A stretch of DNA of 64,000 nt from Prorocentrum cordatum (Eukaryota), in assembly GCA_963575745.1 (NCBI GenBank), contig CAUYUJ010000037.1, positions 372,001 through 436,000 of the forward strand. Reading direction: 5' to 3'. Below the pieces are notes generated by a model. It made no database searches. It was not told where the DNA came from and worked only from the letters and a program-made list of their open reading frames with translations. The position numbers and the translations under genes were made by a program. Each line of letters opens with the position of its first letter. Within the stretch, counting starts at the first letter, position 1. Positions 40,438 through 52,712 of this stretch are shown here, piece after piece.

Positions 40438-41630
40438 TTGATGGTGATGATGATGATGATGAGGATGATGATGATGCTGATGCTGATGCTGATGCTGATG
40501 CTGATGATGATGCTGATGATGATGATGATGCTGATGCTGGTGCTGATGCTGATGCTGATGCTGATGCTGATGCTGATGCTGATGCTGATGCTGATGCTGA
40601 TGCTTATGATGCTGATGCTGATGCTAATGCTGATGATGATGCTGATGATGATGATGATGATGATGATGATGCTGATGTTGATGCTGGTGATGATGATGGT
40701 GATGCTGATGCTGATGCTAATGCTGATGCTGATGATGATGATGATGCTGATGATGATGATGCTGATGCTGATGCTGATGCTGATGCTGATAATGATGCAG
40801 ATGATGCTGCTGATGATGGTGATGCTGATGCTGATGCTGATGATGATGCTGATGCTGATGCTGATGCTGATGATGCTGCTGCTGCTGATGATGGTTGTGA
40901 TGCTGACGCTGATGCTGCTGCTGATGATGATGACGATGAGGAGGAGGAGGAGGAGGAGGAGGAGGAGCAACAGGAGGTGGAGCAGCTATCCGTTGAGCCC
41001 TCCGAGTGTGTTTCCACCCCGCGGGGCCACTCGCGCTGTGTTCCAACACCTTGCAGGGCCTATGTGAGGGGGAGGAGGAGGAGGAGGAGGAGGAGGAGGA
41101 GGAGGAGGAGGAGGAGGAGGAGGAGGAGGAGGAGGAGGAGGAGGATTTGGAAGGATAAGGGAGCGGCAGGATGAGGAGGAGAAGGAGGAGAAGGAGGAGG
41201 AGAAGGAGAAGGAGAAGGCGAAGGATGAGGAAGAGAAGGTCTCGTGCACGCACTGTTGTTTTATCTTTGATGCTGGTCGAGCGCTGCACTCCGACTTTTC
41301 TTTCCTTCTCGGATCGTGACCTTCAAAACGTGACGGCTCGCTCACGGTAGCAAGCACTTGTCCACCGCGAAAAAGGAAGATGCGGAAGAGGAGGAATAAG
41401 GGGAGGAATAGGAGGAGGAGGAGGAATAGGAGGAGGGGGAGGAGAAGGAGGAGGAGGAAAGGAGGAGGGAGGAGGGAGGAGGAGGGAGGAGGAGGAGGAG
41501 CAGCAGCAGCAGCAGGAGTAGTAGGAGCAGAGGGGGGGCAGGAGGAGGAGGAGGAGTTGGAGGAGGAGGAAGAGACGGAGGAGGAGAAGGCGGAGAGAGG
41601 AGGAGGGAGGAGGACGAGGAGGAGGAGGAG

Positions 41631-41664
<34 letters not shown>

Positions 41665-41770
41665 AGGGAGACAGGTGGAGGAAGAGGGGGAGCAGGTGTA
41701 GTAGGAGCAGGAGGAGGAGGAGGAGCAGGAGGAGGAGGAGCAGGAGGAGGAGTAGGAGCAGGAGGAGGAG
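39580..41770. repeat. Compound microsatellite: GGA/GA/GGGA, then (GAT/GCT)n at 40303-40937, then (GGA)n
   Basis: Direct inspection. Confidence 0.92.
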
Positions 41771-41888
41771 CGACGCAGAAGTCACGCAGGCGGTGCCCAC
41801 GCGCCTCACCCGCCGCACCCCAGGCGCGGCGTGCCCTGGCGGCATCCACGGCGGCAAACGCGCTCGGCCGAGGAGCCAGCCCTCCCGA

Positions 41889-43250
41889 CTACTGCCGCTT
41901 GCAGTCGTTCGGCGACGGGTCGACGGCGCCCCAGGCGTGGCCGCCCGGCCCGGCGCCCTCGGACTGCCCGTCGCTGCGGCCGCGGCCGCGGGCGTCGGCA
42001 ACCCTGCAGCCGTCGTCGCTCTGGAGCTCGAGGTCCGCCACGACCTGTGCTCATCCGAGTTTGCGAAAACATCGCAAACTCCGAGACCACGAAGCACGAG
42101 GGCGCGATCGATCATCGCGGCCTTCCGCTCGACCTCCAGCAGCTCCAGTTCCAGCACTCGCACCGCAGCATCCTCTGTGCTGCTCTCGGCGACGTCGCCG
42201 TCGGCACCGTCGACGGGGCCCTCGACCTCCTGGGATTCCTCCTTGAGGGATTCCGAGACGTCGAAACCCTCCTCGACGACATCCATCTCCTCCAGGGGGT
42301 CTTCGGCGTCGGCGCCGTCGACGGGGTCCACGCCCTCGCACTGGCGGAGCTCGGCCTCGATCGACCGCAGCTCGGCCTCGAGGTCTCTCAACGTGGCCGC
42401 CGTCTTCTCCGCCTCGGACTCCTCGCCCTCCTGAGAGACCTCCTCGAGGGACTCCGCGACGACATCCTTCTCCTCCAGGGTGTACTCGACGTCGCCCTCG
42501 CCGTCGACGGGGTCCTCGACCGACAGCTGCGCAACTGGCTCGCTGTCCAGGCCCTCGCACCGACAGAGCTCGGCCTCGATCGACCGCAGCTCGGCCCCGA
42601 GATCCCGCACCGTGGTCGCCGTCACCTCCGCCTCGTTCAGCACCTTGCACACCTCGCCTTCCTGGGAAACCTCCTCGTGGAACTTCACGCCGTCTACCTC
42701 CTCGTCGACGACCTCCATCTCCTCCGAGGGGTCATCCAGGGGGTCCGCCACGTCCGCTTCGCCGCCGATCACCAGCTCGGTTTTCGTCGCAGGCAGGAGT
42801 GGCGGCGCGGCGCCGCACCGCATCCTGCACAGCGACGGCCGCCGCCGCCAGGAGGCGGGCCTGGGAGACGAAGCCCGCGGGCGTCACCAGCTCGTCCAGA
42901 AGCACGTCGACATCGGCGAACGAGGGGGGGGCAGCCTCAGCCTCCACGGAAGACTGCAGGACCTCCTCCGCCTGGCCGGCACCCGCGATATGGGGGAACT
43001 CCACCGCCTCGGCGCGGAGGGACCACGCCAGCAGGTTTTCGGAGCTCTCCACGTCCTCTCCCCCGAACTTCAGCTGGACCTCTTCCTCCTCGGGGTCGCC
43101 CTTGTCCGCGGCGTTCAGCAGCCGAGCTTCCAGCTCCGCCACGTGCACCACGTTCACCTCGCCGAGGCGCGGCCCAGCCGCCGCCCAAGCTATGTCAGCA
43201 GCCGAGGCGGCGGCGAATCCCCGCGCGGGGACGCGCGCTGCGTGGAGCGC
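41889..43250 (-). pseudogene. Frameshifted gene-like relic encoding an acidic, internally repeated protein ending ..PSPNDCKRQ*
   Basis: Strong G/C-ending codon pattern over ~1.3 kb across three frames; duplicated EEVSQEGE..RDL.AELRSIEAEL..CEG..DPVDG; stop codon at 41889-41891. Confidence 0.55.
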
Positions 43251-43729
43251 GGCGTTGCGGCGCCGCCTCTGCGCCCCAGGCACGCGGCGCCCACTCGCCG
43301 CCAGCACCAGTGCCGGCCGCGGAGGAGGAGGAGGAGGAGGAGGAGGAGGAGGAAGAGGAGGAGGAGGGAGGAGGAGGGAGGAAGAGGAGGAAGAGGAGGA
43401 GCAGGAGTATTGGGAGCAGGAGTGATAGGAGCAGGCGGCGGAGGAGGAGGAGGAGGAGGAGGAGGAGGAGCACATCCAGAAGCAGCCGGAAGGGCAGCCG
43501 CCTCTTCGAGGGCGCCGCCCGCGGCCGCGCTCGCGCGCGGAGGACCGCTGGGGCCAGCACGCCGCGCGCTGCGCCGTGTGCAGGGCGGCGCTCCAGGCGC
43601 GCGCCCGCGGCCGCGGCCCCGCCTGCTCCTGCAGTCTCCCGCTGGCCCAGGCATACTTCGAGTAGGAGATCGACTACAGAGTTGGTCTATCCCAGAATTG
43701 AAATGCGCTTCGACTACGAGATATTTCAC

Positions 43730-46572
43730 TGGCGAAGGGCCCAGCCATATTCTGTTGTGAGTCTCGCCGTTGTGGGTATCGCCTTCGGTGGATCTCCGCA
43801 TGGGGCCACGAAGCGTGTAAAGGGCGTGCCGAAATTACGCGGGGACGCATGCGGGCTCTGCCATTGGGGCATTCGGTGGCGCTCCATATGGAGGTACACG
43901 ACGTGTCAGGGGCGTGCCGGAATTGAGCGGGGCCGCCATGCGAACCCTGCCACTGGGGCCTTAGGTAGAGCTTCCTACGCAACCACGGAAGCGCGTGAGG
44001 GGTATGCCGGAGTGTGAGGGGGGAACGCGTGCTAGCGTCGCCACTGGGTCCGTCGGTAGAGCTCCGCATGAAGTCACGAAGCGCGTGAGGGGTGTGCCGA
44101 AATGGACGTGGGGAGACGTATGTGCGCACAGTTACTGGGGCCTTCGGAAGAGCTCCGTATGGGGCCACGAAACGATGTACTGAATGAAGCGGACGCGTGC
44201 GCTCACAGCCATTGGGGCCTTCTGCGGGGCTCCCTATGGGGCCACGCGTCGCCGTGTTGGGTGTCCCGGGACGCATGTGGGCGCAGCCATTGGGGCCTTC
44301 TGTGGAGTTTTACTTATGGGGCTACGAAGCGCCGTGCTGGGTGTCGCGGGGCGCATGTGGTCACAGCCACTTGGGCCTTCTGTGGAGTTCCCCATGGGGC
44401 CACGGGAGCCGTTCTGGGTTGCGCGGGACGCATGTGGGCACAGCCACTGAGGCCTTTGGTAGAGCTCCCAGTGGGGCCACGAAGCGCTGTACTGGGTGGC
44501 GCGGGACACATGTGGGCACAGTCACTGGGGCCTTCGGCGGAGCTCCTATTCGGAAGCTGGAGCATATACGTTACCAGTGGCGGGCTGTTTTGCAATCCCA
44601 GGACTTTTTGAGTGTCGGGGTCGACGCTGGGGTGGTGTGGTGTATACTGTTTCCCCCGTTTTCCCGTGGAAGCAAAAATATGTATACACCAGGATCCCGT
44701 AAACACCAGGATCCGCTTTCTTGTGCGAGTTTCAGTGCGGGGCCGGAAAAAGCGTCGGTGTATAGAGTTCGGTTCCCTACATATGGGGCCGCGAAACGTC
44801 GCGTTTGGCGTTGCGGGACGCAGGTGGTCACAGCCACGGGGGCCTTCGGGTGGGATCCTTGTGGGGCCACGCAACGCCGTACTGGGTGGGGCGGGACGCA
44901 TGTGGGCACGGCCACTTGGGCCTTCGGTGGAGCGTTATCTTTGGGGTCACGAAACGCCGTATTGGGTGGCGTGGGGCGCATTTGGCCACAGCCACTGAGG
45001 CCTTCGGTGGAGCCCCTATGGGACCACGAATCGCCGCAGTGGGTGTCAGGGGACGCATGTGGCCACAGCCGCTGGGGCCTTCTATGGAGCTCCTTATGAA
45101 GCCACGAAGCGCCGTATTGGGTGTCGCGGGACGCCTTCGTTGGAGCTCCATATTTGGCCATGAAGCGCCGTATATTGGGTGGCGCGTGACGCTTGTGGGC
45201 ACAGCCATTGAAGTACTCGATGGAGCTCCTCGTGGGGTCACGAAGCGCCGTATTGGATGGCGCGGGGCAGATGTGGGACGCCATTGCAGCCCATGTGGGG
45301 CTACAAAACGCCGTACTGGGTGTCGCGGGGCGCATGTGGTCACAGCCACGGGGGCCTTCGGGTGGAGCTCCTTGTGGGGCCACGCAACGCCGTACCGGGC
45401 GGCGCGGGACGCGCGTGGGCACGGCCACTTGGGCCTTCGGTGGAGTACCACCTACGGAGTCACGAAGCGCCGCATTGGGTGGCGTGGGGCGTATTCGGCC
45501 ACAGTCACTGTGGCCTTCGGTGGAGCTCCCTATGTGACCACGAATCGCCACACTGGGTGTCGTGGGGCGCATGTGGTCACAGCCGCTGGGGCCTTCTATG
45601 GAGCTCCTTATGAAGCCACGAAGCGCCGTATTGGGTGTCGTGGGGCGCCTTCGTTGGAGCTCCATATTGGGCCACGAAGCGCCGTATTGGGTGGCGCGTG
45701 ACGTTTGTGGGCGCAGCCATTGAAGCACTCGGTGGAGCTCCTCGTCGGGCCACGAAGCGCCGTATTGGGTGGCGCGGCACAGATGTGGGCACAGCCAATG
45801 CAGCTTCCGTGGTGTTACAAAACGCCGTACTGGGTGTCGCGGGGCGCATGTGGGCACAGCCACTGGGGCCTTCGGTGGAGCTCCTTGTGGGGCCACGCAA
45901 CGCCGTACTGGGTGGCGTGGGACGCATGTGGTCACAGCAGCTGGAGCCTTCGGTGGAGCCCTTTATCGGGCCACGAAGCGCCGTACTGGGTGTCGCCTGA
46001 CGCCTTCGGTGGAGCTCCCCGTGGGGCCACGAAGCGGCGTACTGAGTGGCGCGGGACGCATGTGGACACAGCCACTGAGGCATTCGGTGGAGCTCCTATG
46101 GGGCCGCGAAGCGTCGTGCTGGGTGGCGCGGGACGCATGTGGTCACAGCCGCTGGGGCCTTCGGTGGGGCTCCAGGTGGGGCCACGCAACGCTGTATTGG
46201 GTGTCGCGGGTAGGCACAGCCATTGGGGCTTTCGGTGAGGTTCCCTATGGGGTCACGAAGCGCCGTATTGGGTGGCGTGGGGCGCATATGGGCACAGCCG
46301 ATGGGGCCTTCGGTGTCCATGGGGCCACGAGGCCCTGTACTTGATGGCGCTGTGCGCATGTGGTCACAGCCACTTGGGCTTTCGGTGGGGCTCCTTATGG
46401 GGCCAGGGAACGTTGCACTGGGTGCGGGGGGCAGAGGCAAGGATGGGAGGAGGGAGGGGGAAGAGACGCGGAGAGGAGAGGAGAGGAGAGGAGAGGAGAG
46501 GAGAGGAGAGGAATGGAGACGCGGGGCGCTGTCTCTTCAAAGCGAGGACCCAACATCACAGGATGATTGGGA
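43730..46572 (+). repeat. Minisatellite-array element 1: leader + ~77-90 bp palindromic units + (GAGAG)n + twin hairpin
   Basis: Unit consensus approx. ggggccacgaagcgccgtactgggtggcgcgggacgcatgtgggcacagccactggggccttcggtggagctccctat; leader tggcgaagggccca.ccatat. Confidence 0.9.
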
Positions 46573-46639
46573 ACATCAGAGTTGCAATATTCGTAGATCT
46601 ACGAACGTTCTACATCTTTCTTGCTTTGTCGAAAATTAT

Positions 46640-47580
46640 CTTGGCGAAGGGCCCAACCATATGCAGTTGAGACTATCGCTTTTGTTTGCATCGCCGCCGC
46701 TGAATGCCTTTATGGGGCCACGACGCGTGTAAAAGGTGTGCCGACCTGGGGCGGGGACGCATGCGGGCGCAGCCGTTGGGGCCTTCGGTGGCGCTCCACA
46801 TGGGGCCACGAAACGTGCGAGGGATGTGCCGACATGGGGCGGGGACGCATGCGGGCGCAGCCATTGGGGCCTTCGTTGGCGCCCCATGTGGGGCCACGGA
46901 ACGCTGTGTTGGGTGGGGGAGACGCATGCGAACACCGCCACTGGGGCTCTCGGTGAAGATCCCTATGAGGTCACCAAGCGCTGTATTAGGTGGGGGAGAC
47001 GCATGCGAACACCGCCCTTGAGGCCTTCGGTGGAGCTCCCTATGGAGCTACGAAGCTTTATTGCGGGCGGGGGAGACGCACGCGAATACCGCTGCTTGGG
47101 CTTTCGGTGGAGCTCCCTATAGGGCCACGAAGTGCTGTAGTACTGGGCGGGGGAAAACGCATGCGAACCATGCCGCTGGGGCCTTCGGTGGGGCTCCCTG
47201 TGGGGCCACGAAAACTGCGAGGGGTGTGCCAAATTGAGGGGGGTGGCGGCATGCGAACGCAGCCATTGGAGCCTTCGGTGGAGCTCCCCATGTGGCCACG
47301 AAGCGTGTAAGGGGTGTGCGAAAGTGAGGGGGGTGGCGGCATGCGAACGCAGCCATTGGGGCCTTTGGTGGAACTCCCTATGGACGCAACGTGTCAGGGG
47401 TGTGCCAAAGTAGGGGGGGGGGGGCGGCATGCGAACGTAGCCACTGGCGCCTTCGGTGGAGCTCCCTATAGGGCCACGAAGCGTGGAAGGGGTGTGCCAA
47501 ATTGAGGGGGTGACGGACGGAGGGAGGACGGGGAGGAGGAGGAGAGCAGGGGAGGAGGAGGAGGAAGAGGAGGAAGAGGA
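46640..47580 (+). repeat. Minisatellite-array element 2 (same family, same leader)
   Basis: tggcgaagggcccaaccatat at ~46642, followed by about 10 units, ending in a gga tract. Confidence 0.88.
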
Positions 47581-47809
47581 CCATCACATGGCTAATGAGG
47601 GGAGGCTAAGGGTTGGCCGACCAGAGCCAAAACCTCGTGGCACTGGGCCACCTATGTTCTCCACAACGGCCTCGGGTGAACCACATGGCCGCTGAGACGG
47701 CAGGACGCTGCCGACGCTGAGCGAGGGCGATGGGCCCAGATGTGGCGTTTGCACACCTAGCCTCAGCGGCACCTCACCTCCGCCGCCCGCGAAGGGCAAG
47801 GGGGAGGGG

Positions 47810-48212
47810 TGGGGCTGAGCAACGGTCGAGGTGGACTGGCCAGCCAAGTCCACCCCCGTGCCCAGACCCCACGGGGGGCGGCCCCCTGTGCAACTGTCGC
47901 CGCAGAGGGAGCCAGCCAGCGCTCCACGACCGTGCAACAGGGCATCGCCAAGCGGCACGCCGCAGTGACAAGGACGGCCAGCATCGCCTGACCGACGGAA
48001 CCCCACGGCCCGAATTCCAGGGCTGGCTGCGCGACACCAGCACCGCCAGCCAGGACAACACACAGGCCCCAGGTCGAACCTGCAGCGAGCTTAGGCTACC
48101 GCGGAAAAGGAGTGGGCGAGCGACAGTCGGGGCGGACTGGTTGAACCAAGTTCACCCCCGTGCCCAGCACACCGCAAGAGGCCCTCTGTGCAACTGTCGC
48201 CGCAGAGGGAGA
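47810..48212. repeat. ~100 bp direct repeat, two copies about 300 bp apart
   Basis: ggactgg..ccaagt.cacccccgtgcccag..ctgtgcaactgtcgccgcagaggga at ~47833-47911 and ~48134-48210. Confidence 0.85.
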
Positions 48213-48294
48213 GTATTCCAGCGCGCCTTCCCCCTGAGACGGGGTGCCTGACACGCGTGCGGAAGCGCGCGCGCACACACACACGCACACACAA

Positions 48295-49640
48295 TGATGT
48301 CACGAGGCGACGCCAGGACGACAAGGCACCGCTAATTCCTGGTGTAAATGACGCCAGGTCGGTGGCATGCCTCGCCCCTGGTGCGGGCAGATCAGGACTC
48401 CTGAGCTACAAACAGCCTGTTGACTTTAGCCCGCCGCTGGTGCTGAAAATGGCCGATGACGGGCCAGAGCGTCACTCCGCTGGAGTCGAAATTGCCTGCT
48501 GAGCTTCAGCTAGGGCCTGGTGATAGAAAAGCTCGAGGGGCACGGGAGGTTTGAAAACCTTGTTAGCGCGGGAGCCGCGCTTAGGACGGGCGAGTTCCCT
48601 CGCCCTCGAAAGTTGATCATACGCATTACTGGACTCTGGTACGCAGGGGCATTGGCTGAAGAGACGGCCCCTGGTTCCCGTTTCCGAGTAGGATCCACAC
48701 GCAAAGCACAACATGAGCGTGCTCTCATGGAGCTCGTACTCGAAAAGAAACAGACAGTGTCCACGAGGGTTCTGCGCTAGCGAGGCCGGGCCAACACATA
48801 ATCCTGGACATCGCTCACTGATCCTACGGTTGTGTTGATGCAGATTCTTGGCACTGGTGCGGCAGAGGGCGCACACGTGCTTTCCGTAAAGATACTCCCA
48901 CCGATGAGCTACGCCAGAATTGCTTTAGGAAGCGGAAGAGGGGGGAGGCCGCGGAGAGGGAGGGACGGCCCCAGGATCCCAGGCGCTAGCAGTTCCCATC
49001 GGTGGGTTGCCAGAGACGGGCTTGGCAAGGGCTTTCTTCCCAGGGCGAGGGGCCAGAGCGGGCCACTTGGGAAGGGCCTGGGCCACGTAAAACAGGAAAC
49101 GGCGCAACAAACTCCGATCGGATTTGCTAAGCTTTTTTTCGGCCTCCGAGGGCCTGCTGAAATGAGAGGTGGCAGCTCGTTTGGCTGCTTTGTCCGCAGC
49201 GTCGTTACCTTTTGCATGGTTATAAGCGTTGTTATCGTAAAATCTTGCGAGAGGTCCTGATGGGCTTTAACTTTGACGAGACAGCTCTCAAGGGACACGA
49301 CGGCACGGCCCATCAGGACCTTGAACCCTGCGCGGATGTAGTCCGTACGGACTTGTTCGATGAGCGGAGAGATGGAGCAAGCTTTCCAAGGCTACCTTTG
49401 CATCCTTGCCCCTTGAGCCCGTCCTTGACGCCAACATCGCCCTCCAAGGCACTTGCATCCTTAACTTGGGTCGGGGAGTTGTTTCGCCGTTAGCGCGCTC
49501 TCGAGTGTTTCCCTTGGCCCGAGGGCCGTCAGAAAACCATTCATAATGAGAAGCTGATCCCAGGTAAAGCCCCGTGGTCCAGGACTCGATCCCCTGCAGG
49601 GCTCCTGTTGCATGCCAACGAAGTAAGGTGGTTGGCGGCA
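48295..49640 (-). mobile_element. 3' fragment of a degenerate retroelement (probably non-LTR) with RNase H and C-terminal Cys/His motifs
   Basis: Minus strand: WFSDG (49525-49539), LVKVKAH, then after a frameshift GNDAADKAAKRAA (RNase H motifs); then AQALPKWP, CALC..CPG, GHCL..LCFACGSY..LFSQC; stop at 48472; (GT)n-like tail at ~48270-48292. Confidence 0.75.
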
Positions 49641-50129
49641 GCCAGCAGCGTGTCCTTCCTCACTCCTCGTCATGCTCCTCATCTTCCTCCTACGTTTTTT
49701 TTTTATCCGTGTGTGCCATCATTCCCCCCCACACCACCCTCCGAGCTTATCCCTCTTGTGTTCCTCCGTCACCTCTTCTCACTTGTCTTCTTCGCCTTGT
49801 CGTTTGTCCTTCCCCTATGTTTCCGTCGTGCTGCTCCTCTCCTCCACATTCGTTTTTCCTGTATGTTCCTTCCTCCCGCTTCCTCCTTCCTTCGCTCCGC
49901 CGAGGAGCCGCAGCAGCGGCAGCAGCAAGAACAGTACGGGAGGAAGAAGCGAAGAATCTCCCGTCCAGTGCCGTCTGTCTCGTCTCTAGTATCCTGCCCT
50001 GCCTCCTCCTCGATCCTCTCCCCTCCATCCCCGTTCCACTCCCTGTCAGAGCAGTGAGGGGGTAACGGAATGAAGAGCAGGAAAGGGAAACAAGCACAGA
50101 GCATTCTTGCCATTCGTGCACGCGCAGGA

Positions 50130-50437
50130 AGGAGGAAGATGAGAAGAAGGCGGAGGAGGAGGAGGAAGAGGAGGAAGAGGATGAGGCAGGAGAGGACGGG
50201 GAGGGGGGGGAGGAGAAGCAGGAGAAGGGGGGGAGGAGGAGGGGGTGTTTTTTCAGCTCAGGGCGGAGGCGTCGAGTTCAAACATGACGTGCCTGACGTG
50301 GGCTTGTCGCTCAGTGCTCTCCAGCCTTCTGAGGGTGATGGTGATGGTGGTGATCATGACGATGCTGCTGATGATGACGCTGATGATGATGATGATGAGG
50401 AGGAGGATGATGATGATGCTGATGCTGATGCTGATGC

Positions 50438-50478
<41 letters not shown>

Positions 50479-51741
50479 GTGGTGGTCGTGGTCCTGATGA
50501 TGGTGGTGAGAATAGCGCCGCAGCCTCAACCGAGCCGAGCGATGACACGGACTCAAGCGGCTCTCCTGCTTCTCGTTAAGCTGGCCCTGCGGGGACAATC
50601 GGTCTGGGCGCCTCCCGGGCGCACCCCAGGCGGAGCTGCGCGTGCGAGCCTGCGGTCCAGCCACGCCGCCAACTCGCGACTGGCAGCGCAGCCCCAGACG
50701 GCCTACACACTAGGCTGGCAGGTCTAGCCCCGTGTGCGGGTGGCGGGCCAGCGTCGCCCACCACCGCGAGGATAAGGCGGGCGATGATGATGATGATGCT
50801 GCTGATGATAATGATGCTGATGATGAGGAGGAGAATGAGAAGGAGGATGAGGATGAGGATGAGGATGATACGGAGGATGATGTAGATGAGGATGATGATG
50901 ATGAGGATGAGGTTTCTGATGAAGATGAGGATGAGGATAACGATGAGGGTGAGGTTGAGGATGAGGATGGGCACGATGAGGACGAGGATGAGGATGATGA
51001 TGATGTTGACGATGCTGATGTTGATGATTGTGATGATGATGATGATGATGAAGGTGTTGATTGTTATGATTAGAATGATGGGGATTAGGAGGATGAGGAT
51101 GATGATGGTGATGATGACGATGAATTTAATGTTGGTGGTGGCGGTGATGATGATGATGACGGTATTAAAATGATCATGATGGTGACCAGGAGGATGAGGG
51201 TGAGGATGAGGATGATGATGGTGAAGATGGCGCTGATATGTAATATAGCGAGGATGCTGATGATGATGGCGATTATGATCATGATGGGAACAAGTCGGCT
51301 GAGGATGAGGATGACGATACGGAAATGAATTGATGATGGCGACCATGCTGAGGAACATGATGCTGGTGATGACGGTGGTGATGCTGATTATGTTAAAGCA
51401 GACGCTGGTGATGGTGACCATGATTCTGATCATGTTTGTGATGCTGTTCTTGATGATGCTGATGACGATGGTGATGCTGATGGTGATGATAGTCATGGTG
51501 TTTGTGACTGTGATGGTGATGGTGATGGTGACGGTGGCGATGTCGCTGCTGGTGACGAGGGTCGCACTGACGATTGTAGTGACACGCATGATGATGAGGA
51601 TGATGGTGGTATTGATTACGATGTTGCGGCTGTTGCTGTTGCTGTTGCTGATGGTGATGATGATGTTGGTGATGATGATGATGCTGCTGATGGTGATGGT
51701 GATGATGATGACGATGATGTTGACGACGATGATGCTGATTA

Positions 51742-51779
<38 letters not shown>

Positions 51780-52640
51780 CTGATGATGATGATGATGATG
51801 GTGAGGGTGATTGTAATGATGATGATGATGCTGGTGGTGGTGGTGGGGAAGCTGATGACGAGCTAGGAGGTGAGACGGGTAACTAGGTGGAGGAGTAAGA
51901 GCAGGAGGAAGAGGCGGAGGGGGAGGAAGGGGAAGGATAAGGAGGAGGAGGAGGAGGAGGAGGAGGAGGAGGAGGAGGAGGAGGAGGGGGAAGAGAAGGG
52001 GAAGGAGGATGGAGGAAGGTGAGGGAGAGAAGCAGGTGGGAGGGAGGTGGGACGTGGCGGGTAGAGGGGGCGAGGAGGTACCAAGACGAAGGAGGGTGCG
52101 GAGAGAGCGGGGAGGAGGAATAGAAGGAAGGGGCGGGAAGATGGAGTGGAGGGAGGGAGGGGAGACGCGAGGAGGGATGATAGAGTAGAGAAGTGAGGGG
52201 GGGGGCAAGAGGGCGAAGAAAGGGGCGACGAGGGCGAGCGACGAGGAGTAGGAGTAGGATCGACGAGGGGCAGGGAGAGGAGTAGAAGTAAGATGTGTCT
52301 GGGGGGGATGCATGAAGTACGAGCAGGTTGAAGGGAGTCGTAAGGAGCAGCAGGGAGTAGCAGGAGGAGGAGGAGGAGGAACATAAGGAGGAGGAGGAGG
52401 AGCAGAAAGGAGGAGGAGGAGGAGGAGGAGGAGGAGGAGGAACAGGAGGAGGAGCAGGAGCAGGAGCAGGAGTAGGAGAAGCAGCAATTGCAGGAGCATG
52501 AAGAACAGCACGCGGAGGGTGGAGGCGGAGGAGGAGGAGGAGGAGGAGGAGGAGGATAAGCGTGGAAGGAGAGGGGCGAGACGGGGGGAGGAGCGAGGCA
52601 AGGATGAGGACGAAGGCGCGGATGAGGGATGAGAGAGAGG

Positions 52641-52684
<44 letters not shown>

Positions 52685-52712
52685 GGAGAGAGAAAGAGAG
52701 AGAGAGAGAGAG
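50130..52712. repeat. Compound microsatellite region: (GAT)n at 50335-50505 and 50783-51860, (GGA)n at 51890-52560, (GA)n to 52712
   Basis: Direct inspection; a unique ~270 bp island at 50510-50780. Confidence 0.92.

Noticed and set aside
41831..44017. 728-aa ORF on the plus strand
   Set aside because: It is the antisense shadow of the GC3-rich minus-strand relic plus repeats.
44571..45935. 454-aa and overlapping ORFs
   Set aside because: They are open frames through a GC-rich satellite.
43790..47500. CRISPR array (palindromic repeats with variable intervening sequence and a leader)
   Set aside because: The intervening segments are homologous to each other rather than unique spacers, the repeats are degenerate, and no cas-like ORF is present.
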